From: Cenococcum geophilum
Taxonomy: Eukaryota
Assembly (NCBI GenBank): GCA_050273025.1
Contig: CP158636.1
Location: forward strand, 1,426,001-1,490,000
DNA length: 64,000 nt
Direction: 5' to 3'
Part shown: in pieces, positions 1-11,341 of the stretch
Position numbering within the stretch: position 1 is the first letter of the stretch
Layout: the number at the start of each line of letters is the position of its first letter
The notes under the pieces: model-generated
What the model was told of the DNA's origin: nothing
The model's input: only the letters and a program-made list of their open reading frames with translations
The model's database searches: none
Made by a program: the position numbers and the translations under genes

Positions 1-729
1 GATAAATAAATATTCGCTTTAGTGCACTCTAAGTAAGAGGATAGTTATCGCGAAGATGGGTTTACTAACGTAATATAAACTAACCCCTCTTTTAAGCAGT
101 AAGAATATAGAGACGGTATAATCTTACTAAGAGATAATATTGCAGCAATAGTGCAAACGCGACGAGCAGTCGAAGAGGAAGAAATTACTTTAGGTATAAT
201 AAGCAATAATATTAACTAAATTAATTAGATAGATATTATACCTCTAGTAAACAACCTAGAGATATTTAGAATCTTTAAGGACGAAGATAAAGAGGAGGGA
301 GATAGTGTTATAGACGCTTTAAGTACGATGTTATAACTACTTAGGGAAGAGTTAGAAGAAGCTAGTTAGTTAATTTAAGCACGGTCTAGGATAGAGCTGG
401 TAGAACTATATAATAAGAAATAGTAACCAAGGTTATATAATATAATCTGTATAATCTATATAATTTATATAATCTATAATAGAGTAAATAGAGCACACAT
501 ATATTATATATAAGAAGGATTTTATAGGAGTACGGTTATATATTTAAAGGACTATAGTCCCTACCTAGATAGTTCCTTCCTTATAGTAATTCTTAGAATA
601 TAATTAGAGTTAATCTATTAGGCAACCACTCCACTAGTTATTATTACGTTGTTAATTTTAATTTATATTACCTATACACCTAGCCTAATAACGAGCCTAT
701 CGTAGTTCCTACTATAAGGTTCCGTTATA
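1..729 (+). mobile_element. 3' end of Ty3/Gypsy chromovirus copy 0 (3' internal region, PPT, 3' LTR 306-729)
   Basis: Colinear with 8980-9704 and 23410-24140. Purine tract AAAGAGGAGGGAGATAG precedes TGTTA at 306. LTR ends GTTCCGTTATA (RIP of ...TTACA) at 729. Confidence 0.95.
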
Positions 730-1323
730 AACTGGCTATATTTAAGTCTATATTAATTAGACAATTATATAAGATATTACCTTCTATTAAGCTATAAGTT
801 CTTATATATATACTCTACTAACCTTTAACTGTCCTTAGATTTAGGACTATCTTATAAAGGCGCCTATATTACTAAGCGATTAAATTAAAACTATATTTAA
901 ATTATAACGCGTTAATATTAAAGATCTCCTTCTTACCGCACTTAGTAAAATTAATCTTACCTATAATATCTAGATATTTATAAATATAATATTAATACTT
1001 AGTATTGTAGCCTATTTTATTAATAAAGGTAAAAAGCTTTAATTAGTACTTTTAGGCCCTTTATAACTATAAGGATTATACTCTACTAGGAATGTAGTAA
1101 TGGCCCCAGCGTTAATAATTAAAAAGTATTAATTTAATTATAAGCTTAGCTCCTTAATGGCTAATAATACTAGTAATAATAATAAGCTCTATAACTACCT
1201 CTTATAAAGCCTATTAGTAGCTAAAAAGAAACGGCTTTAGTATATTAGCCATATTATTAACCTTATTATTAAGGCTTTAATATATAGCAAAGGTATATTA
1301 AATTTAATCTTATGCGGCGGAGA
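730..1323 (+). pseudogene. hAT-superfamily transposase relic, upstream fragment
   Basis: De-RIPed reading gives INLTCDIWTS-like (~950-980) and RLRCIGHIINLIVKA (CxxH, ~1230-1280). Continues at 9710 across the GGAGA TSD. Confidence 0.8.
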
Positions 1324-1744
1324 TGTTACGGACGCTTTAAGTACGATGTTACGACTACTTAGAGAAGAGTTGGAAGAAGCTAGTTGGTTAATTAAAGCAC
1401 GGTCTAGGATAAAACCGGTAGAACTATATAACGAGGAATAGTAGCCGAGGTTATATAATGTGCTATATATTAAACAAGAGGAACGAAAGGAACTTACGTA
1501 CCTTATATATAAGACGTATATTACGTACAAAAAGGATTTTATAGGAGTACGGTCGTGTATTTAAGGACCCTTAGTCCCTACCTAGATAGTTCCTTCCTTA
1601 TAGTAATTCTTAGAATATAATTAGAGTTAATCTGTTAGGCAACCACTCCACTAGTTATTATTATATTGTTAACTTCGTTACATTACCTATACACCTAGCC
1701 TATTAACGAGCCTATTATAGTTCTTACTATAAGGTTCCGTTATA
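1324..1744 (+). repeat. 5' LTR of Gypsy copy 1
   Basis: TGTTACGG...CCGTTATA, a direct repeat of 9284-9704. Confidence 0.97.
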
Positions 1745-2006
1745 TAATTACTACCTAGTTATAGTATTAACAAGTTAAATAATATGCCACCAAAAGCACC
1801 AGCCATAACGCCATTAACGGCGGCAACTACTTTAAGGTTAGGTAATAACACTAGTATAGCAGACACTAACTTATAGCAACCTATAACGGTCGGACAGCTA
1901 TAAGAAATAGTTAACCAGTTAATAGAAAATAATGTAATATTAGAAAACAGGATTAACGGAATAGGCGCAGTAAAGGTTAAGTTACTATTAATTAAAAGGT
2001 ACTTAG

Positions 2007-2199
2007 TATGACGGCGCTGGAGCGCGTCACCTAGTCAGGGGTTCGCGTAAGACTTGGCATGTGTATATAGACGTCGCCTCACCACCTTCTCTTGCTTCTT
2101 AGCTTAATATCTTCGTAATACAGCATTCGTTCGCTTGATCTTGCAAGCATTCGTTTAAGTCTCTGTCGAGACATTTGTTCGATAGTTCGAGCCGTTACA
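2007..2199. mobile_element. Solo LTR (193 bp) of another family inserted in gag
   Basis: Absent from copy 2. Termini T(A/G)TGACGGC...GCCGTTACA. 5-bp TSD CTTAG at 2002-2006 and 2200-2204. Confidence 0.9.
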
Positions 2200-2749
2200 C
2201 TTAGGAGAGAGATTAAAGCTTAAAGGATTCCTTATATAAATACACTTTAAGGTAGCATAAAAGGGAGCTAAGCTGGTAATACCTATAGGTCAAATAGCGT
2301 ATACAGGACTATTCTTAATAGGAAGGGCACTTAAATAGTTTAAGCCTTACCTTATAGAAATCCAGGCAAATAGAATAATAACTATAAACTAAGAAGTACG
2401 GTTTATATTCTTAAGCTAGAACGGATTTATAGAACAACTTACATAAATATTTAGAGACCTAAAGGCAGTAACTACAGCAGAAAGAAAGCTTTAAGATATT
2501 ACGTAACAAACCTTAGCAATAAAGTATATAACGCAGTTCCAGACGTTAGTAATATAAGTAGAGTGGAATAATAGGGCGCTTATAGCACAGTATAAGTAAG
2601 GACTTAAGGCTAAAGTCTAGGATATAATTATCCTAATAGAAGATGCGGACACCCTAAGGGAACTAATAGATTAAGTAATTAAGATTAACAATTGGATCTA
2701 CTAAAGGGAACAAGCTAAGAGAAGTCAAGATAGAGTTTTATAGTTATAT

Positions 2750-2993
2750 TGTGGGAGGGTACGACCACTCTCAGATAGGAAAGTCACAGTGCTGTCTGTC
2801 TGTCGGTCGGTCGGTCGGTCGGTCGGTCGGTCGGTCGTTAGTCGTAATCAATTAGTAGGAAAGCAGTCAGTAAGAAGAAAGGAAAGAATGTATTCTCGGT
2901 AGGTCGTGATGTAGAGAAGGAGAGAAGCCGAAGGCTCGATATATACAGGAGAATGCCAAGGCACTAAGTAGTGGCCCATTTTACCCCACCACA
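2750..2993. mobile_element. Solo-LTR-like insertion (244 bp) containing a (GGTC)n microsatellite
   Basis: Absent from copies 2 and 3. TGTGG...CCACA termini. 4-bp duplication ATAT at 2746-2749 and 2994-2997. Confidence 0.85.
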
Positions 2994-5179
2994 ATATAAG
3001 GCGTAAAGCATACAACAATTAAAGCTAAGTTAGAAACTATAGTATGGCGCAGAGCTAATGGACCTAAGTAGTACTAAAGAAGCCTATAAGAGTTGGAGCA
3101 AAAAACCGTAGAAACCTAAAAAACAAGGATTAAGTACTTAAAGGTCTAAGGAGTAGAGGCTAAACTAGGGATCTTAGCAGTAGAAGACGTTTAGGCGGAC
3201 TCTATAATAAGAAAAATGGTTTAAAAAAGGAGCTTATATAAATTGCGGAAAATAAGGTTATTATACTAGAGACTATAAAAGTGGACAGAGTTACTATATA
3301 GTAAAGGGAATAAGACTAGTAGATAATATATATGTATAGAGGGATAATAATATACTACAAAAAACAAAAGAATGTTTAATTAAAAGTTTTACGTTTTATT
3401 ATAATAACGTATGCCGAATTTATAAGGACGCTAAATACGGCGCAAGCTACTGGCTATAGGAGCTAGCACCTATAGGATATAGAGGAACTAACGAACCAGT
3501 TCGCAGATCGGACATTAAGGATGATGAATTTAATGTAGGTAAAACATTTTATAACGATAAGGCGATATAGGCCGCTTACTGGGAGTAAGCGGACCTTGGA
3601 GATGTCATACTAAAGGTAAAGGACGATTCCACTACAGAATAGGGAACGTCAGTAGGGATTAAGACCCTACTAGATATAATGTCTATCGCTTTATAAGACG
3701 CAAGAGAAGTAGGACAGCGAACTACTTTGGTACTCGATAAAGGCAAGAAGCTAAATACTTAAGATTCTCATAGCGAGATAAGAGATAACTAAGATTCTTA
3801 AGACGAGATAAGGTAAGCTTAAGGACCTACGATAAACAATAACCGATAGAGCAGAGTAATAGCTTAGTTCAGTAATATACGAATAAGCTCGGGACGAAGT
3901 TTCCTAAAGGCACAAGATTCTTAAGACAAGATAAGTGAGATTTAAGACTCTTAAAATAAGATAAGAACACCAAATAAGTCTAGTTAAACTAAGGCTAGAG
4001 TAAGACTTAAGACAGAAGTAAGCTTAGGATTAAGAATCCAAAGGGGTTAAAAATTCGGAGTATAAATAAGGACACCTATAAATAAGAGGCAAGAGGCTTC
4101 TTTATAGATTAGAGAATCTACAGCGTAAACAGCAATTAGACTAGGAGACGAATACATAGACCTAGAAGACTTATTAGTAGAACATAGTGTTTAGATTAAA
4201 GATCGGAATATTAATACCAGGATTAAGAAGCAGGAGGACTTTAAGGATTTAGGCGCGAGGCGCAAACTAAAGGAAACCATAGAAGGATTTAGACAAAGAA
4301 TTATCGCATAGCAAGAACAGAAACTAAACGAAAGATCTAGCACATTAGGACGTATAAAGGACAGAGCACCTATATAAAGAATCACCAATAGGCCTAAGGC
4401 AGGCACACTAAGAGCTAAGTAGCTTACCGAACTAGAAGACGAAGAGGATCTAGGGATCCTTACTAGGTTTAAAGAACGATATATAAAAGGCTGTTATAAC
4501 GCAGTAATAAGAAGATACTTCCTTACGGATAAGCCGTATACACTCTAGTAGCTATACTAAAAGTGGTATAGACAGCGACACAATGATAAGTGGGAAAATT
4601 TCTATATATGGTTGGATAAAAAAGTTATCTAAGACTACCCGATTACGGAAAAGGTAATAACTTATATTAAAGGAGCCTTAATTATAATGTTAAAGGATCT
4701 AAAGGAACAATTAGAGGACTAGAGAAGTAAGTAATATATCTTAGTACCCGTAAATAAAGTTATAACATTCAGATTAACGTAATAAAGGTTTAAACTTAAG
4801 GATAAAGATAAGTTAAGAGTTAACCTAAAGCACCTAGCATACTATACGCTATTATAGATTGCATACGTAGACGATATATACGAGATGTATAAAAATCCAA
4901 AAGAAAAGAATTAGAAATACCCTATAAGGATATACTAGATAACGGATAAGTAATAGTATAGGAACGCTAAATATATATATAGATGGCATCTAGTAGAGGT
5001 TTAAAAAGAAGGAAATTTAATACTTTAGCCAGGAAGATTCCTTATAGAAGAATACTTAGATGGATAATAGTGGTAGAAATATCTAGAGAACACGTGTCTA
5101 TAGTATATTAAAGACAAAAAGCGAACTAGGTATTGGCTAAAGAGCGAGCTAAATATATAAGAATTAAGCAGCTAATAGT

Positions 5180-8100
5180 TAGGAAAAGTAGAGGCCTATA
5201 GAACTAAAGGGAGCTAGTAGTAAAGCCTTAGACCCTTAAAGGAATTTAAAAATAACACCTAAATTTATAAGTTAAATAGCAAGATTAATAGTTTAAAGCG
5301 CTAATAGATAGTAGAGTAACGCGAAACTATATCTTACTAGCAGCAGTTAAGAGAATGGGGCTACCTTATAGACAGAAAGAGAAATCTTACCTATTAGTTA
5401 TAATTTTAGAAGATCTAATAGCCTACGGAGGAGGGATTATTAATCTTAAAATAGGACCTATTTAGATAACCATTAAAGGAAAACAAATCGAGATATCTTT
5501 TAATATCCTACTATTAGGACGGGATAAGGCAGTATTAGGAATGCTTTAGTTACAGCAATACAATCTAAGGATTAATTAGATTACAGGTCAAGTCGATATT
5601 AGGGATACTTAATGCCACAAAATGTAATAACAAGCTAAGATAGTATAGTATTAAGTTAGAGCGATATATAAAGAGACTAAGCGAGGCTTAAGTCATATAC
5701 CAAAAAGATACTATAAGTATGGTAAGAAACTATAGTCACCAAAAAGTGAGAAGCTGTTAAAGTATATAGTATAGGACTATAAAATAGAGTTAGAACTAGG
5801 AACAAGTCTAAGGTTCTTTTTAATCTATAAGCTTACTAAAGAAGAAGGTAGAGCATTAAAAGAGTTTGTCTAGGAAAATCTATAAAAGGGATATATTAGA
5901 CTATCGCAATTATCAGCGGGATATCTAGTACTGTTTGTACTAAAAAAGAATAGCAAACTAAGGCTATGTATCGACTATAGACAGTTAAACAGCATTACTA
6001 AAAAGGATAGGTATCCTTTACCCTTAATTAGCGAAATTTAAGATAGAATAGGCAATGTATAAATCTTTACGAAGATAGATCTAAGATAGGCGTACCATTA
6101 GATTAGGATTAAGGAAGGCGATAAATAGAAGGCAGCCTTTAGGTTAAAGGAAGGACTATATAAACTATTAGTTATGCAATTCGGGCTTATAAACGCACTA
6201 GCAACGTTCTAGAAGTATATTAATAATATATTAGGAGAACACTTAGATGAATTTGTTATAGTATACCTTAATAATATTATTATCTACTTAATAACTAAGG
6301 AAGAATACGGGGAACAAGTTAAATAGGTCTTAAAGAGACTATAGGAAGAATAGATGCTAGTAACAATTAAGAAATACGAGTTCTTTACTAGGAAGACCGA
6401 TTTTATTAGATTTATTATTAAACTAGGCCAACTCAGTATAGATCTAAAGAAAATTAAGGCTATAGTAAATTAGTAAGAACTAGAAAACATTACGCAGTTA
6501 AAATCGTTTTTAGGGGTTTGTAATTACTATAGGAGGTTTATAGCGTAATAGTTATATAATATTAAACCATTTACGCAGTTAATAAAGAAAGAAGAACTAT
6601 AGGTATAGGGAGAGGAACAAAGAGAACTCTTTAAAAAAGTTAAAGAGTTGTTTACCTAGGGGCCAGTTCTTAAGATTTATTAACTAGGATTAGAAACGGT
6701 TATAGAAATAAACGCATTAGACTATATATTAGGGGCATGCTTTATATAAAGGTATTAGGATAAATAGTACCTAGTAGCATACTACAGCAGAAAGATAATA
6801 CTACTAGAGTTAAACTATAACATCTATAATAAGGAGTTATTAGGTATAGTTACAGTATTAAAAAAATAGAGAGCATTCTTATAAGGCATAGAGAAACTAT
6901 TTATAGTTAAGATAGATTATAAGAACCTAACGGGATTCTTAACAACGAAGGAACTTAACTAAAGATAGGTTAGATAGGTAGAGATGCTTACAGAATACTA
7001 TTTTAAGATTTAGTATACTAAGGGTATAGATAACGCGCGAGCAGATACTCTAAGTTGGAAGGCTAAACTATAAAACGATAAGAAGTTATTAGGGGCTTTA
7101 CTATAAAAAGACACAAACGGATCGATTAGGTATAATTACCCGAAAATTATAGCAACTTAAAAAGAACTAAAAAAGGTTTATAAAATACCGGAAAGCTTTT
7201 AGATATAAAGGATTCTAAAAGTATAACTAGAAGATTTATAAACAGATATATATAAAAACCAAAAAGCTAAGTATATCCCAAGAAGCATAGCAGAGCAATT
7301 TATGGAAGATTTCTATAAGGGATTAACTTAAGGACACAACGGGGCTATAGGCTTAGTGTTAAGACTTTAGTAGAAGTATATCATTAATAGAATCTAAAAA
7401 CTAGCGTAAAAAGTTACCAAAGAATATCTAGATTGCTAAAAAAACAAACTAATAAGGTATAAGCCATACGGAGGGCTATAACCTATTAAGATACTAGAGA
7501 GACCATAGGAGGTTATATTATAGGACTTTATTATAAAGTTACTAAAGTTAAGAGATCCTATTACCGGACAAGATTATAACGTAATCTTAGTAATAGTAGA
7601 TAAGCTTACAAAGTGGGGATACTTTATAGCATATATAGAAGAAATATTAGTAGAAGACGTCGCTAGAATCTATATAAAAGAAGTATTTATAAAATATAGA
7701 GCATTAAGCAAGATTATATTAAATAGAGATCTAAGATTTATAGCAGCATTCTAGGAGGTATTCTTAGCGAAGTAAGGAGTTAGAGCAGTAACTTTTACCG
7801 CATATTATTCGCAGACAGACGGTTAAATGGAAAGATTAAATTAGATACTAGAGTAGTATCTAAGACACTATATTAATTATACATAGAATAATTAGGTATT
7901 GCTATTACTAGTTATATAGTTTATATATAATACAACACCTTAAAAAGGGATAGGCATATTACTATTTAAGGCAAATTATAAATATAAGCTAAGAATATCG
8001 TTATTACTATAGTAAGCGAAGAAAACGAGTAGCATAGCTAAAGAAAGAATAAAGACGTTAATAAATCTTTATATAAACCTTATAGAATCAGTAAAGAAAG

Positions 8101-8591
8101 TATAAAAGAGAATAAAAAAGTACTATAACGCTAAGAGATCTAAGGGACTAGATCTTAAGGAGGGAGATAAAGTATAGCTACTATATAAAAATTTCAAGAG
8201 TTAACGACTAAGTAAGAAGTTGGACTATATCAGACTAGGACCTTTTAAAATCACATAAAGAATTTCACCGGTTATATTTAAGTTAAACCTACTAGCTAGA
8301 ATAAAGATCTACCCTATATAGTATATTGCAATACTAGAGCTAGTATATAGGAATATTAAGCCACCGGTATATAAAGCAGACACATATAGAGGACAAAAAG
8401 AAGACAAATAGTAAGTTTTAAAGATTATTAGTTATAAGGACATTAATAACGAAATATAGTATAAAGTTAAGTAGATAAGCTACACTAAGACTACCTAGGA
8501 GCTACTAGAGAATTTAAAGAACGCTATAGGAAAGGTATAGGAGTATTAAAAGAGACTAGGTTAGGCAGTATTAATAAAAAAGGATTGCTAA
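5180..8591 (+). pseudogene. pol: pol relic: aspartic protease, RT, RNase H, integrase, chromodomain
   Basis: De-RIPed motifs ALIDSGAT (~5300), [11 protein letters not shown] (~5960), VYLDDII (~6261), YDKELL (~6825), QTDGQTER (~7812) and YKVKWxGYxETTWEP (~8460-8505). Confidence 0.93.
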
Positions 8592-9175
8592 AGAATAAGT
8601 CACCTAAGGGGGACCTAAGAAGAGCAGTTGCTGAACTACTTAGATCTATTTTCTTCTCTATTAGAAGAGAATCCGTTCTTTTATTACTAAGTTCCTATAA
8701 ACCTTATTCTATAAGTTTCTACTCCTTAAAACAAACCTTCTTATAAACCTTCTTAAGATAAAGCAGATAAGTAGACGCCGCGATGCGAGTATCTAGGGCC
8801 TTCTATTCCGCATTATAAGAACATTCTAACTTAGCAAGGGCTTAAGACAGTTTACTATCTAGCCGCGCAGCAGTAGATTAAATATAAGACCCTAAGACAA
8901 ATTAATTAGGGAACTAGACGACTATTAAGAATAATAGGTCGCGTATATTTAGCATTAAAGGAAAAGCAAACGTCACAGGACGAACGAATATTCGCTTTAG
9001 TACACTCTAAGTAAGAGGATAGTTATCGCGAAGATAGGTTTGCTAACGTAATATAAACTAACCCCTCTTTTAAATAACGAGAATATAGAGATGGTATAAT
9101 CTTACTAAGAGACAATATTGCAGTAATAGTGCGAGCACGACGTTGGGCGTGTAAGGAAGAAATTGCTTTAGGTAT
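8490..9175 (-). pseudogene. Antisense accessory gene of the Gypsy element: Zn2Cys6-like cluster plus coiled coil, one putative 55-nt intron (8946-8892)
   Basis: De-RIPed minus strand reads MPKAISS...MPSPCSRCLKEGLVC-x13-CSECTKANIRSSCDV. Putative intron has a RIPed GT donor, CTAAT branch and TAG acceptor, followed by a heptad-like region. The 3' end is approximate. Confidence 0.7.
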
Positions 9176-9283
9176 AATAAGTAATAATATTAACCAAATT
9201 AATTAGACGGACGTTATACCTCTAATAAATAACTTAGAGATGTTTTAAATCTTTAAGGACGAAGATAAAGAGGAGGGAGATAG

Positions 9284-9704
9284 TATTACGGACGCTTTAA
9301 GTACAATATTATAACTACTTAGAGAAGAGTTGGAAGAAGCTAGTTAGTTAATTAAAGCACGGTCTAGGATAGAACCGGTAGAACTATATAATAAGGAATG
9401 GTAGCTAAGGTTATATAATATGCTACGTATTAAACAAGAGGAATAAAAGGAACTTACGTACCTTATATATAAGACGTACATTACGTATAAGAAGGATTTT
9501 ATAGGAGTACAGTCGTGTATTTAAGGACCCTTAGTCCCTACCTAGATAGTTCCTTCCTTATAGTGATTCTCAGAATATAATTAGAGTTAATCTATTAGGC
9601 AACCACTCCACCAGTTATTATTACGTTGTTAACTTCGTTATATTACCTACACACCTAGCCTATTAACGAGCCTATCGTAGTTCTTGCTACAAGGTTCCGT
9701 TATA
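9284..9704 (+). repeat. 3' LTR of Gypsy copy 1
   Basis: Direct repeat of 1324-1744, preceded by the PPT. Confidence 0.97.
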
Positions 9705-9709
9705 GGAGA

Positions 9710-11100
9710 GGCTCTATAGATAAGGTTTATAATATTATTAAATATATTATATATTTAATAAGACGCTATAAGGACTTTACTAAGAACTAGGCTAAGGCCT
9801 ATATTAAAAATAAGCTCTTTAATTAAGCAGAGCTTCTACTTATTAAAGATAGAGACATTCGGTAGAATTTAACCTACTTTATACTCCGCTATACCTACCT
9901 TCTTTATAAAGTAATTAATAAATATCTATTGGCTTAGAGAAAGCCTCCTAATAATAGCTATAATCTATTATAGAATATACTTGTTAGGTAACGACAGGGA
10001 ACGTATATATATTAGTTACCGAGCCGTCAAACTATTTGGTTTAACACTGTACCTTTTTAGCTAGTTGCGTTTGTTTAGCTTAGTGGGCGATTGTTATAAT
10101 ACTTACTAATAAAGATTAGTAGTAAGTAGAGCAGCTTATTAAAACCCTAAGGCCTTTTATATTAGCTACTAAGCGTATAAAAAGCAATATTAATAGTCCT
10201 AGTATTAAAGGCTTATATAGCGCTTTAGAGGAGTTAATTACTAATATAGAGCTACTTTATTAAATCCTCTAGCGAACCTAGTAGAGCCTTAAGAACGAAT
10301 GCAACTCCTCCCCTAAATTAGGCATTAATATAGCTATCTAAAAGATTAATAAATATTTTAATAAAATAAAGGCTAAAAGCCTTTGCTATTTCGCCGTAGT
10401 AATTCTTTATCTATTTTTTAAACGCGCCTACTTTCGTAATAAGTGGATAAGGTAGCCTCTATAGTAGAAGTACGCCGAGCGGTATATAGAGACTTTATTT
10501 AATAACTATATTAATAAGCAAGTAGATAAGAAAGATAAGGAACTAGCTAAGCTATAATATAGAAAGGTTCCTTATAAATTTAATAATAATTTAGCTAATA
10601 AATATATATAGTCTTTAGTTATAGATAAGAGCTTTACTTCTTTAAAGCGTAATTAAAAGCGTATTAAGCTCGCTAGTAAGCTTAACTACTACTATAATAT
10701 AGGCCTTAAGCTTATTAAGATCTGCTCTAATAACGTTATTCCTAATCCTCTTAACTAGTAGCTTAAAATTAGTTAAATCCTTTATCTAATTCTTACTAAG
10801 ATTGCCCTTAATATATTCTTTATACTAATAATAAGCTCTATATACAAATAAGCCTTTAGCTAAGCTAAAAGGATTATTATTAATAAGCGTAATTAACTAT
10901 TAGCCGATATAATTAAAGCAGATTAATGTTAAGAATAATAGTTAATTAAAGGCCTTTTATTAAGCGGTTTAATTAACTATATTAACTCTAATAGAGGTTT
11001 AACTACACCTTAGTTAATAAGCTTAGATATTAATCTTATTAGCTATAAGCTAACTATAGAGGTAGAAAAGCTAGCTTAGTAAGATATATTTAACAGAGCT
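9710..11100 (+). pseudogene. hAT transposase relic, downstream fragment with C-terminal dimerisation domain
   Basis: De-RIPed DGDIRWNSTY (~9848-9877) and ALDIFSIPxMSSxCERAFSQAKRIITDERNRLSADIIEA (~10804-10920). Confidence 0.85.
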
Positions 11101-11341
11101 TTATTAACCTAAGGTATAAGTGGTCTATATTTTCGGGTCCTAGATTTTAAACTTTGCCAAGCTTGCTTCTAATTAGTTACTAAGCCTGCTTCTAATTGGC
11201 TTAAAAAACTTGCGCGTGGTAAGTTATAGCAGAACTCACGTGACGAACTTTAAAATATTAGAACTTTAAAATATCGTATACCTCCTTTTTATTGACTTCT
11301 TTATTAACTTCTCTATTAATATAACTATATATACTATAATT

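Larger units (their letters stand above)
1784..5200 (+). pseudogene. gag: Extended gag ORF relic (capsid, CCHC knuckle, long C-terminal extension)
   Basis: ATG CCA CCA AAA GCA at 1784, also at 16641. De-RIPed CxNCGKQGHYARDC at ~3236-3277. Probable slippery site (G)GGAAAAG near 5181. Confidence 0.85.
1324..9704 (+). mobile_element. Full-length RIP-inactivated Ty3/Gypsy chromovirus LTR retrotransposon, copy 1
   Basis: 421-bp LTRs at 1324-1744 and 9284-9704. TSD GGAGA at 1319-1323 and 9705-9709. Domain order gag-PR-RT-RH-IN-chromo. PPT before the 3' LTR. Confidence 0.97.
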
